From the human T2T-CHM13v2.0 reference genome, Homo sapiens: a stretch of 64,000 nucleotides of DNA. Below the pieces are notes generated by a model that saw nothing but the letters and a program-made list of their open reading frames with translations, was not told where the DNA came from and ran no database searches. How positions within the stretch are numbered: position 1 is the stretch's first letter; every line of letters starts with the position of its first letter. The stretch lies in the NCBI RefSeq assembly GCF_009914755.1, contig NC_060925.1, one strand, 5' to 3'. Below, one piece after another: positions 43,231-59,988 of this stretch. Position numbers and translations under genes: made by a program.

Positions 43231-44855
43231 ATGAATTAATTATTTTTATGATTCCCTTTTGCTTTTTTTTGTTGGTCTGAAAAAAATCTTTAGTACCAGT
43301 ATTCACTTGATTGCTCACTTCAGAAACCCAGGATTATTTTTAGTGTATTTTTCTCCCCTATATCTATTCTGTCATAAAATTCTCAGTTTTTCTCTTAAAT
43401 ATTTCTATACTAAATCCTTTCTTTTTAGTTCCTACTGCTTGATTGCTTTTGTTCATGTGCTTATCTCTTACCTATGTATTTGTAATTACTGGTTTCCCTT
43501 TCTTCACACTTCAATTATGATTTAAGACTCAATTCTGATAAAAAGCTTTCAGTGGCCCTCCAGTGTTTCTTCTAGAGGGAAAGTGCAGGAGACATGTGTA
43601 CCAAATAAAAGTCTTGATATTTTTATTCTTCTTGTGGCCCACCTTTACCTATTTTGCCCATCTCCAATCACCTCTCCACCTCACATTTTACATTCCTGTG
43701 ATACTGATCTACTTACTTTCCAAACATGGTTTGGACAACCTCTGTGCCTTCTGCTCTACTGGAAATTATCCTTCAAATCTTAACATTTCCTCTGTGAGGC
43801 CTTCTTTACTTATCTTTGGCTGAATTAGGAGTTCCTGCCTCTCTAAATTTTTCAGTTTCCATATACTTCACTAGAGCAATTTATGAACAGTTGGCCCTTG
43901 AATAAGATAGGTTTGTATTGTGTGGGTTCACTTATATGTGTATTTTTCTGAAGAAATGTACCAGAATTTTTTTTGAGATTTGTGGCAATTTAAAAAAACT
44001 TGCAGATGAACCATGTAGCTTAGAAATATGAAAAAATTAAGAAAGAGGTATGTCATAAATGAATAAAATATATGTAGGTAATAGTCTATTTTATCATCTA
44101 CTACCATAAAATATACACAAATCTGTTATAAAAAGTTAAAATTTTTCAAAACTTATGTACACTATCACAGACTGTACACGGGGTCATTCTCAGGAGGAAT
44201 GCAAAAAAACATAAAGATGCAGTATTAAATTATAACAGCATAAAGTAAAATGTAGTACATACTGTACTACTATAAGAATTTCATAACCACCTCCTATTGC
44301 TATTGTGGTGAGTTCAAGTGTTTTGAGTGTCTGCTTAAAACATCATGTGACACCAGTTAATCTCTGCATAAACAGTTTGTCTTTCCAGTAAATTGCATAT
44401 CACAGTAAAAAGTGATCTCTTGGTGGTTCTCGTGTACTTTTCATCATGTTTGGTGCAATACTGTAAACCTTGAATAACACCATGAGGCCCATGCAAAGTG
44501 CCACTAGTGATGCTGGAAGTGCTCCCATGAAGCAAATTCATGACATTACAGGAAAAAGTTACATTGCTTGATATGTTCCATAGATTGAAGTCTGCATCCC
44601 CATTTCAAGTCTGTTGCCCCATTTCAAGATAAATTAATCCAATATAAGGACCATTGTACAAAAAGAAAAGGAAATTTGTAGAGCCATCACTGCAGCCGTG
44701 CCAACACGCACAAAAACTTTGTACTTTTGCACAATGCCTTTTTATCTGTCATGGAAAATGCAGATTTTATATGGGTACAGGATTTCTATAAGAAAAGCAT
44801 ACCTGTAGACTCTAATATAATTTGAGAAAAAAAAAAGTCATTTTATGACAACTTA

Positions 44856-45347
<492 letters not shown>

Positions 45348-46858
45348 TTATTTAGGAGAAATGATATCTGCCTGAATAGGTTTTTAATGCAGATGTAAGT
45401 GCTCTACTCTGGGGGAAAAAATGTCACAAAGGACATTTATTAGTAAGGAAGAGAAGTGAGCACCAGGATTTGATGCCGGAAGGGATAGGCTAACTCTACT
45501 GTTTCGTGCAAATGTACTCAGGTTTATGATCAGGACTGCCCTTATCTATAAAGCTCCTAACTCACGAGACTTGAAGGGAAAAGATAAACACCAACTGCTA
45601 GTCTTTTGGTTGTGCCACAAGAAGGCCTGGACAATGAGAAACCTTTTTCTACACTGATTTCATTGATACTTTGTCCCTGAAGTTAGGAAGTACCTTGCCA
45701 GTAAGAGACTGCCTTTTAAAGTTTTTTGATATTGTACAATGGCTCTGGCCACGCAGAACCCCATGAGTTCAACACTAAAGGCATCAAAGTGGTCTCCTTG
45801 CCTGCAAACACAATGTCTCTAATTCAGCCTCAAGATCTAGGCAGTCATAAGGACCTTTAAGGCTTATTACATATGGGTACTCTATGGAAAGCATTTTCAA
45901 CACAATGGAAGAGAACCCCAGTAGCAAGAACATCATGAAAGTGTGAGAGGATTACAGCATTGAAAATGCCATTATTGTTGTAGAAAAAGCCATGAAAGTC
46001 ATCAAACCCATAACAATGAATTCCTGCTGGAGAAAACTTTGTCCAAATGTGGTGCATGACTTTATAAGATTTACAACAGTCAATCAAGGAAATCATGAAA
46101 GAGATTGTGGATGTGGTGGAAAAGGTTGGGAGTGAAGGGTTTCAAGATAGAGATCTTGGAGAAATTCGAGAGCTAATAGACACCACACAAAGGACTTAAC
46201 AGAAGATGAGTTGATGGAGATGAGTGCTCCTGAACCAGTGCCAGAAAATGAGGAAGAAGACATAGAAGAATCAGTGCCAGGAAACAAATTGACATGAGAT
46301 AATCTGGCAGAAGGGTTCTGATTATTCAAGACTGCTTTTGACTTCTTTTATGACGTGGACCCTTCTATAATATAGGCACTGAAACTAAAGCAAATGGAAG
46401 AAGGATAGATATCATATAGAAACATTTTTGGAGAAATTAAAGAGCATAACAAAGTGAGACAGAAATTACCACGTGTTTCCATAAAGTTAACTAAGTTTGC
46501 CTGCCTCTCCTGCCTTCCCTCCTAACTCCTGCATCTCTTCTGCCTCTGCCATCCCTGAGAAGACAAGACCAACCCCTCCTTTTCCTCCTCCAACTCAGCC
46601 TACTCAATGTGAAGATGGTAGGGTGAAGGCCTTTATGAGGACCCGCTTCCATTTAATGAGTAGAAAATACTATTTTCTTTTCCTTATGATTTTCCTAATA
46701 ACATTATCTTTTCTCTAGATTGCTTTCTTGTAATAATATAGTATGTAATACATATAGCATACAAAATATGTGTTAATTGTTTATATTATTGTTAAGTCTT
46801 CTAGTCAATAGTAGGCTATTAGTAATTAAGTTTTGGGGGAGTCAAAAGTTATACATGG

Positions 46859-47214
<356 letters not shown>

Positions 47215-47780
47215 TCAACTGTAATTGAAATTCTTCATTTTTCTATTCCTTTCTGGGATATTTCGTAAGTTCCTTGCAGTTCAAGCCACCTTCATCTTAG
47301 ATACACAATAAATATTTGTTGAATGAAAGAATAACTGGATACCAACAGAGGCTTGTAGGAGTTAGTCTATCATCATGTGATATAAAACTTTACTTTTGAT
47401 CATTCATCTAGCACATATTTATTATATGTCAAATATTCAACAGCCACAATGAAGGATTCTAATAAGATTTGATCTTTGCCCTCATGGACCTTATGGGTTA
47501 TAACTGTTTTTCCCCAGAGTCACACTTTTAGGGATAAGACCTGATATATGCAATTTTGAAAGACAAAGAAAATCAATTTTATGACTCAGCGGTTCTTTGC
47601 AGGCATTCACACAATAAAAATAGAAAAATTCAAGTGGACTAGGGAAAATATTTTCTAAGAAGACATGTTTCCCCCACGTTGGGTAAAAAGAAAAAAATTG
47701 AGTTTAATATTAAAAATTAAAGTTTACTTATAAAATACAGGACATAGAGAAAAATGTACTTCTATTTTTCTTTTCTATAG

Positions 47781-47845
47781 GAGAAGCTAAAACTTACTTA
47801 TGAGGAAAAGTGTGAAATTGAGGAATCCCAATTGAAGTTTTTGAG
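47781..47845 (+). CDS. SDCCAG8: SDCCAG8 coding exon 7 (65 nt)
   Basis: Acceptor tttttcttttctatAG|, donor GAG|GTAAAG. Encodes EKLKLTYEEKCEIEESQLKFL(R). Confidence 0.97.
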
Positions 47846-48092
47846 GTAAAGTGAAATCGTCCATTTATAGTCATACCAAAAGCATAATGATCTTAAAATA
47901 TATTTGAATGTTTGCTGAACTTCTAGTTTTAGTCATTATCAGACTTACTTGATGACATTTTAATACACTTTAAAAAATTTCCTCAGATTATTAAAGGATG
48001 AAAGGCCTAAAATTGAGTTCTTTTCCAAATCACGTTCCCATTTCTTCATCAGTTGTAAAATATTTGTGTTTTCTTGTAGAAATAAGAATCAC

Positions 48093-48461
<369 letters not shown>

Positions 48462-48861
48462 TTAGTTTTCAAATTATTAGTATTTTTTCTCTGTAGATAG
48501 TCTTCATCTAATTTTAAAATTGCAATGATAATATAATAGTTTGAGTATTTGTATACATGATGAATTTGAGTATATATGATGAATATTCATGTACTTTTTA
48601 TAGAATCTATTTATTAGAGATCCCAGTAAGACCTATATATTATAGATTAACCATTAGTGATTTATGTATAATGAGTAGAAAAAGACAGCAGGAATTAATA
48701 TTTTTGTTGTTAAAGATTATTTTTAAATAGTAGTAATGAAGTAATTTTAAATCAAATAAACTTTGAAATATTGTTTATAATTTTATTTTAATAAGTCCAA
48801 TTTGAAATTTTAAAATCTTCCAGGCCATAGCCTATCTAGAGACATAACTAGAGTAATACTA

Positions 48862-49176
<315 letters not shown>

Positions 49177-50179
49177 CCGAGCTGGAACTCATAGCTTTCA
49201 CTGTACATGGTTGTTTATTTTTTAAATGTTCTTATGTTTTTCATAGATTACCCTGATTAGTTTTAGGATTTCTCTTAGAGATTTTTACTTTTTTACAAAG
49301 AAATGTTAACATTTAAAAAATACTCTAATTTTTGCTTTCTTGTTTTTTGTCCTATTTTATTTTATTTTGATTTTATTTACGACTTGATTCTTTAGTTTTT
49401 AAAGTGATGTATTTCTAGATCATTGTACTTAAGGGCATGTGACTTATTTTGTCTCATTCAGAATCCAGATATTTCATCTTTAATTACATTAAAATACCAA
49501 CTTGTAATGAATTAGACTTTGTTCTCTGAATCCTTCTGTTTCTTCATTTTCTTTTACTATAATTTAAGATTATTTAAAGAGGCATTTTCATAAATAAATA
49601 AAATCAGTCTTCTTTTCAACTTTCTTTTTAACTTTCTCTTTTGCCATTTCTAGTAACCAAATCTACTTGAGTGTTTTGAGTTTGGAGCTGACCAAAATTA
49701 GTAATGGGGACCCTTTGACTTTGGAATGTGCTTCCCAAGTTCTTTTTATAAAGCCTTTGAAAGTCAGACATTCCCTACATGATATTGAAAAAGAAAACTT
49801 ATCATCTTGGTGTTATTATTTTGGGGATAGGGTAGACGCAGCTCATTTTTCTTCCCCTCAACTTTGGAATGCCATTCCAAAGTTTTTTTTTAACCCTTAG
49901 ATTGCCTGTGGGTCTTTTATGCCTCTCCTGCGTTGCTTGAAAGCCCCCAAAATCTCAACAGTTGTCTGACAGCCAGGCTGTTGGCTTCTCCTCTGTGACA
50001 GTGAGCCAGTTAAGATGGCCACAGCACCTGAGCGTGGAGACTTTGACAATGACAACAGAGAGTAGACAGAGATGGAGATAAAGTTCCTGCCTTCAGTAGT
50101 CTCATTTTTCAGCTAGAAAGTTTTTTTTTGTTTTTTTTTTTTTTGAAGTACAAAAGAACCATCTAGGCAAGGAAGCTCA

Positions 50180-50193
50180 GTTGCCAAGGTGAC
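50180..50193. promoter_or_regulatory. RFX X-box-like motif GTTGCCAAGGTGAC
   Basis: Close match to GTTGCC-NN-GGYAAC in non-repetitive intron 7 sequence of a ciliary gene. Motif match only. Confidence 0.4.
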
Positions 50194-51057
50194 TTTAGCG
50201 CAGCTTTACTGGGATAAGGCAGGAAAATACAACCCATGTACTAGTCAATTAATCCTTAAAAAGTCACCTTGGAGAAAAACCTCATCCAGAGGTGAGCTGA
50301 TAAAGTAAAAACAAACAAAAACTACACCCACACCCACACCACCCCCACCCCCACCATTCCCCAGCCCTTTCTTTAGCAGCCTGTATGTTTCCAGCTAATA
50401 GCTACTACCCCTGAAATCTTATGACTGGCAAGTTCTATGTAACTTCCTTCTGTAACTTACTTTCTTTTGAAACAGATCTTTGTAGAAGTTTGTCGTTAGA
50501 TAATTATCTATCTAACAGTAATGTTTTCCTCCTGAAGAAAAATGGGCAGTAATAAACTAGTCAAGGATAAAAATCCATGTTTTTTTATGTGAACTTTTAA
50601 GACACTCTAAAAATTTTAAGAGATTAATGCTTGAAATAGGGTATTTTCCTCACCTCAAGTATGTTGTCTTATATTACCCCACCCCTTTTTTAAGGAAAAT
50701 GATTTGGGATTTATATTTGGAGTTTTATTTTTGTTTTGTGGTTAATATAACATTAATGGAGGTTGGATCCTGGGACAAGAGAGCCAGTGTCAGGCGGATT
50801 CTAATCTATATTAAAATCTTACAAGAACCTAAGCTAATTATGTAATTTATTCCAGTCTCATCATATTCAACGTGTCAATTAGAATCACCACACCAAAGTT
50901 TCAGGGTCGTGGTAAAAATTAATAAGGTATTGGACGTAAACTAAAGCATAAGGTGAGTGCCCATAAACGATAGTAGTAGTTAACATTATGATGATTCATT
51001 TTAAAGTCATGTAATTTTACCTGGCCATTTTCTAGAATTTTTTCACCCTCTTTTTAG

Positions 51058-51246
51058 GAACGACTTAGCTGAATATCAGAGAACTTGTGAAGATCTTAAA
51101 GAGCAACTAAAGCATAAAGAATTTCTTCTGGCTGCTAATACTTGTAACCGTGTTGGTGGTCTTTGTTTGAAATGTGCTCAGCATGAAGCTGTTCTTTCCC
51201 AAACCCATACTAATGTTCATATGCAGACCATCGAAAGACTGGTTAA
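51058..51246 (+). CDS. SDCCAG8: SDCCAG8 coding exon 8 (189 nt)
   Basis: Acceptor ccctctttttAG|, donor TAA|GTAAGT. Encodes NDLAEYQRTCEDLKEQLKHKEFLLAANTCNRVGGLCLKCAQHEAVLSQTHTNVHMQTIERLV(K). Confidence 0.97.
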
Positions 51247-52589
51247 GTAAGTATGCTTCTACGCGCACGGAGACTTTGGCAATATGGAAAATTCTGCCTT
51301 TAAAGGGGCATTGTGTTCTTCTAGCCCTATGCTAAGTCACATGTGATTATTGTTAATCTTCAAATACAGTGGATTTTAAAAGGTTCCTTCATTATAGCTT
51401 CCTTGAAGACAAATGGGTGGGTTCTGCCATGTCACCATGTCACTTTGAACAGAAACCATGCCACTTTGAACAGATAATAGTATCTCTTGGTTTCAGTCCA
51501 TCTTCAAGTGAGAGAATTGAACTAGACAGTTCTTTACGATTCTGTCCAGTTCTATGAATCTATGATTACAAATCTAATACTATTCTTAGCAAAACTGAGT
51601 GTAATAGAAATTCCTTTGGTTTTGCCATATCTTGGATTTTTCTGCTGTACTTCAGGTAGAATGAGTTATTACCACATCTTCATCATGTGTCTGTTGTAAG
51701 GAGTATTATAAGGACCCACTGTATCCCACTATTGATATTTGAGGGTTAACTGAGAACAAGTTACAGATGACCTTTTGTGTTGTCCAAGTTTTCGTCTAAG
51801 CTGAGTGAAACAATTCTCTTCGTACATCTGTTTTGTTGTTTTCACTATTCCAGAGGAGGCCTTTTCCTGTGAAAATTTTATTCTGTGGAAATTGAGAATT
51901 ATTATGTAATATAGAACCCAGTGGCAGTTTATAGTGTATGTTCTTCCATGCCCCCTACTTTTCTTTGTGCTCAGTGTCACCTCTCTCTATCTGCTGTGCT
52001 CACTTAAATAACCCCAGATCACTTCCTTTTAGAAGAAGTCTCTCATCAGCTCTGCCCCATTTTGTCCTCAACTGACTTAGGTTCCTTTCTTCTGTGGTCA
52101 TTAAGGTCAGACCGATTTTGCTCCATGTCCTGACCTTCAACAAATTCCTTTTCTTCTCTGAGCCTGGCATCTTCTGTTGTTTGGAGGAAAATACCTGCTT
52201 CTTCAGATTTAAGACCTTTTTGGGATTTTACTAAGGCAGGTTAGCCTGTGACCAGAAGTACTGCTTTTGAAACTGACTGCTTGGGTTCATATTCTGGTTC
52301 TACTGCCAACTTACCATGGAACCTTGCAAAAGTTACTTAACCTTTTTGTGCCTCAATTTTCTCATTTTTAAAATGGTGACATAAGTACCTAACTCATAGA
52401 GTTACCTTGAGGGGTCACTAGAGAAAACCTATATAGTACTTAAAACACTTCCTGACATATAGTAAATGCTCAGTAAATATTAAAACCATTCTGTACCTTC
52501 TATACTCCCAAGAATGATCAATATGTCTTCTAGCTGTGATTTCCACACATGGCTAACTCACTCAGGTTGGGGGTGAGTTGCTGTTGTTT

Positions 52590-53230
<641 letters not shown>

Positions 53231-53539
53231 CGACTGGTAGTTTTTATGACCTATACTGCTTGGTTCTGTTTTTGTTAAGTATTTTAAGTATTCAATATGT
53301 TGTTAATTTATTCATATAGTCTCAATATAACTATTAAACATGTATTAACTATTTTCAGATACAACTAAAAAATGTAGTAAACATTTATTATATGTCAACG
53401 ACTGTGCTAGGAGATTTAAGAACATCATTTTTAAAAATCTTCAAGCGTTCATGAGGTACATATTATTACCCCCGTTTTATAGCTAGGGAAATTGGGGTTC
53501 AGAGAAGTTAAAAATTTGCCTGTTTATATTTGAAAAACA

Positions 53540-54520
53540 AGAACAGAGCTGTACCTTACAAAAATAAATTCATGGTAGTTTAAAGGCTCAGATACAATTC
53601 AGACTATAAAAGCATTAGAAATAAATATAAAAAATATCTTATAATTGTGGGTTATAGTCCTAAGGATGACGTGAAAAGTGGAAGTCATAAGGGAAAAAAA
53701 GATACATTTGTTTCTATTAAAAAATAAATTCCCTTACAATAAAACATTACATATTCAGTTAAAAGGCTGAGAAAAAATATTTGCACTATACATGACAAAA
53801 GACCAATAGAATAAATTTCCTTTGAAACAAACAAAAAGGACAAGCTGCCTAGTTGCAAAGTAGGTAAAGAATAGAAATCAGTGAGCAATAAAAGAGGAAG
53901 ATGTCAGCATATGAAAATGTATTTATTCTATTAGTATTTGAGGAAATACAATAAAAAAATTAAAGAACAACCCGTCAGACTGACAAAATAGAACAAGATT
54001 GATAATTTCAAGAGTTGGTGAGGTCATGAGTACACAAGTATTTTCACTCTGCTGGTGGGTTCATAAATTGGTGGAAATACTTTGGAAGTAAATTAGTCCT
54101 GTCCATTCATATTCAAATTGTGCACTTCACTTTTCAAAATCTACCCTCAAGAAAAAAACTCAAGTACATGCATAATGGGGTATGTATAGGGAATGCTTTT
54201 TGCAGCATTGTTTATAATTATGTGAACAACCTAAATATCGTTCAAAGGAGAGTAACTAAACATGGTTTAGATAAACTATGTCATTTTGTGCATAGTATGA
54301 AAACCGGAAGTAGTTCTATGTGTATTAATGTTGGACCATCTCCAAAATATATTGTTGCAAGAAAACAAAACAAAATGGCTAAAGATAAATCTAGTATGAA
54401 ACCTTTTGTATTTTTTAAGTCCATATACAACCATACTACATTTTTCCCCTTCGAGGTTCATAGATATGCACAGAAAAATATTTGAAAGTGTAAACACTAA
54501 ATATTTAACAGAGATAACCA
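53540..54520 (+). mobile_element. Highly decayed L1 (L1ME-like) fragment
   Basis: A-rich with ORF2 3' motifs such as tgctggtgggttcataaattgg and ttgcagcattgtttataat. Confidence 0.55.
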
Positions 54521-54703
54521 CTAGAGAGGTGGACGAAGGCAATGAAATTGAAAGGGTGTCAAATAGGCCTTTAACAATATTGGTAACTAATTTTGCAAGG
54601 AGAATATAATTTAAAAATTAATTTTAGAAAGAGGAAAGCATATTAAAAGTTGCAAATAAAAAGAGGCAGAGCTTAAAACTAGGTAGTCTAGCAAAACTAA
54701 TAA

Positions 54704-55825
<1,122 letters not shown>

Positions 55826-57768
55826 TCAGGCATGACTTGGAGACCAGGCCACCCATATGTTTCTGGTGGTTTCTTAGGACTCAAGGACTTTTTGGAGAAT
55901 ATACTTAACAACTATTGATGACATTGGATATATTTTTTATGTTGATTTGAAGTCTTCATATTGTTTCCGACCTTTCGCCTTTCACTTGGCCTCTTTATGC
56001 CATAAGGGAGGTAAGAGTAACAGTAACCTCTTTTTCTTGCTTAATGATCAAAGTACCTTCACATGGTAACCAAGATGGAACTGCTTAAATTCCTTTCTGT
56101 AGCTCACAGTACCTTGGAGAAGTTTATACTTTTCAAAAAAGAGAAAAGATTCCAAGGGTACTTTTCTGGGGCTTTAGTCCAGCTTGTGATTTTGGAGTGG
56201 ATCATTGGCCTGCTCTGCATAGCTGGCTTTAAAAGACTACAGCAGGAACTTCCCAGAAATGAGGAACAAAGAAATGTTGTAGTCAGCCTTCTAGACTTTC
56301 TTTTTAAAAACGGTGTAGTAACACTTATTAGTGATACCTAATAATGCTTAAAATTAATAATAACTGGAGTAATTTAGAAATTATAAGACATTTCTTAGCC
56401 ACTCCACATTTCAAGGTGGAGCTCATGCATATACATTAGACCAACTCTTTTGCTTAAACACTTGGCTGAGATTGTTAAGGGACTTTCTCAGTCCTTTTGG
56501 CCCTGATTGCTGCGCTAAGTTTCTTAAATATTACATGCTCATTAGTGCGTGTAAGTACATGCTTTTCACCCCAGAACACTCATGATCTTTACGTCATCTT
56601 TCTGCCTCAGCTGCTCTTTCATCTGGATCATGGAATGTTGCAGGGTTAACACAGTGTTGCTGGCTTTGCGTCAAGAAGCTCCTTGATTACATTCATCAAC
56701 ACATTCACATGGTGTTTCCAAGCACTCATAGAACATTTGCCATGGAGGATGGTAATTTGGAGAACTGCCCTTTCACTCTCACATTGATATGCCACATGTG
56801 TCTGTACAGCTTCCCATTGTGAGAGCCTCATTCAGGTGTGGCTCTGGGCTGGACCTGTGGATTGCGGGATCTAGAGCAGGACTGTAGCTAACTGGGCAGT
56901 TACCCTGGGTGGCTGGAATCGGCTGTTTCTGAAAGGCAGATTATATAAGTAGCACTGTTAGTCCCAGGGGATAAGTGGGCTAAAAAATGAAAGCTCAGAC
57001 AAGATGAAGCCAGATGGCCACAGGAATGGAGTAGGAAGCAAGGCCTTGTGTTGAGGAGAGGGGACTGCCAGCCCAGAGCTCTTTCTAAAAAAATTATTTG
57101 TGGGGTTGCTTGCTGCTATTTGTTATGTGGACTGGCTGAGTCAAAACAAAACCAAACCAAAACCAAGATTTAGTAACACCTGAGTGAATGAGTAGATAAT
57201 CCTAAATTGCCAAAATGACTACCTACCTGCAAGCTTCCCAGGTGGGCTCAAAGCTACCTTGAAGCATGCGTTGCATTTGCCTTACAGAAAGGAGGAGTGT
57301 GTCAGCCCAGTGGTTACGTGGAGTTTGAGTGTAATCGTTTTGTGGTCTCACTGTTGAATGATGGGCCTAACAAGACATCTGTATATTGGAGTTTTATCTT
57401 TGATAATTTTCTGTGGTTCCATAGTCTAAATTTGGTGAGTTAATATTCTGAAACACTTTTGAACCAGAACGACTGAACTCTAGTTTCTAATTCAAAATAG
57501 GTAATGTTTTCAGTTTAGATCATGAAATATTAGAACTGAGAGGGAGCTTTACCTCACCTCTTTTGACACCATCCTATAGCAGACTCTTTATTCATTTATT
57601 TGTTTTCTTGTTGTTTATTCTGTTGAGCATCTACTGTGTGACAAACACTACTCTTGACAAGAGGATATTCTGAAAAGAGATAAAGTCTATTAAACATAAG
57701 TTTCCCATAAGCAGCAAGTTTGTTAGATTTTTATCCTGTTGTGGATCTGTCTGTTTGCATACTTATAA

Positions 57769-58158
<390 letters not shown>

Positions 58159-59824
58159 TAGTTACTTTTGCTCTTCATTAAGTCTTAGTGATTTAAGAAA
58201 GGTGACTGTAAGATGCCTATATTGACTTGCTGTCCTTAAAGAGTGAATTTTTCTTTTCTTTTAGAATCATAGATCCTAACTGGATTGCATATCCTTGATA
58301 AAGCTAGACCCCTTTTACGTTATAGAACTTTTATGGAAATGCAAATAGACACATATTCAATTTTGCTGGTGTTTATTTTTTTACTTAACTAGGATAATTT
58401 AATCTTGCCTTGATTCTTCCACTTTTTTACATAGTAATTGTGTTTGATTATATTCGATTAAAACAATTTACTTCTTTTTTCATTTCCTTGGAAGAAAAAT
58501 TATTTTTATCAATTTAAAACAAATCAGGAAATTCTAAAGTGAAGATCACTCTGCTTCCATGAATTTTATATTTGCAGCAACTTATTCTTTTTTAAACAAA
58601 AAGGGCTTTTATGAAACTGCTAATAATTGTAACTTTGTTCAGTATTACATGTTTCTTCAAATGTGGCTGCTTTCCAAATACCACAAATAGTTTATTTTAC
58701 CTTTAAGAGATGTTTTAAATTGAATCATTGGTTAATTCTGAAAGTAATTCAAGCAGAGTTTATAATCCTCTACACTATGACTCTTTAAAACTTGCTAATT
58801 AAAAAAAAATCATAGTTGGCCCTTTTCTCATAGTTTAGACCTTGGCAATGAAAAGGAAACTGCAAGCATTTATTTCAAATGAATTTGAAACCGTGGTTTA
58901 GTCTTCAACTCTTTAACAAAACAGGGAACACCATATGTAACAGTCCAGCATACATTTTTTGCTTTTTATGTCTTGAAAGTTTCCTGCCTCACTTTCTCTT
59001 TGTCTACTGGATATTTTTATTCAGTTGATAAATTGCAAATATCCTAGAATATTTTATATGGGACTTATTTAATCAATGAGATTGTATCCTTGCTATTTTA
59101 CATGCCAGAGCATTTTGGCATTTGGTTCACTTCTACTCCCAATAAACAGCTTAGGATAGAGTACTTCTGAGAATTGCTGAAGAAGGGTGGGTCTTGGCAA
59201 TGATCAAACCCAGTGGGATAAGATTGTGTTAAATTGTGAATGTTATATGCATAGCCAGGAGATTGGAGGAGTTCAACAGTACTAATCATTGAGCAACAAC
59301 AAGTGTTCATAAGTAACTGAAAGAATGTAATTGAAAGAGAAGTGCAAAAAAGAGGATTGTGGAGAAAGATAAAAAGGAAAGGACATATATTTGTTCAAGT
59401 AAATGAGAGGAGAATCTGCTGCATGGACAAAGCCTCAGTCCTTCCTTAAAATGTTGACTGCTACCTTGATTTACAATTCGTACCTTCCCTACTTTGCTGC
59501 ATTTTTCCTTTTCAGCACCTCCCCCCACTTTTAAAAAACTAATTTGCTCTTCTCTGGGCTTTCCCCTGCAGCCCTCTCCACAATAGATGATTGTCCCGCA
59601 CAGATGCCGTCCTGCCACGAAGGCTCTTAGCCTTTCTGGCTGCTCCGCCCGCCGCTCGCCAAGTGAGGACAGAGGGTCTTTCTCTGGGGTGTGCTTTATT
59701 TCATATGTGCTCAGCCGGCCTACCCTGGCTCTTCTAATACATATTAATGCTTTTCTCTCCCTGACTTATGAGGACAGGATCGTTTGATCATTTCTTGTTT
59801 TGAATGTTCTTTTTGTGCTGACAG

Positions 59825-59963
59825 AGAAAGAGATGACTTGATGTCTGCACTAGTTTCCGTAAGGAGCAGCTTGGCAGATACGCAGCAAAGAGAAGCAAGT
59901 GCTTATGAACAGGTGAAACAAGTTTTGCAAATATCTGAGGAAGCCAATTTTGAAAAAACCAAG
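59825..59963 (+). CDS. SDCCAG8: SDCCAG8 coding exon 9 (139 nt), GC donor
   Basis: Acceptor tttttgtgctgacAG|. Encodes ERDDLMSALVSVRSSLADTQQREASAYEQVKQVLQISEEANFEKTK. Ends at AAG|GCAAGT, a non-canonical GC donor. Confidence 0.94.
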
Positions 59964-59982
59964 GCAAGTCTAATAAGATGCA

Positions 59983-59988
59983 AATAAA
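59983..59988 (+). terminator. Candidate intronic polyadenylation signal AATAAA
   Basis: Canonical hexamer 20 nt after the exon 9 donor, followed by GU/U-rich sequence. Use is not shown. Confidence 0.35.

Noticed and set aside
59964-59987. Read-through peptide ASLIRCK superficially resembles the start of the next exon's peptide as I recall it (ALIQC…)
   Set aside because: Too short, requires a gap, and the next exon is not in the window. Treated as coincidence.
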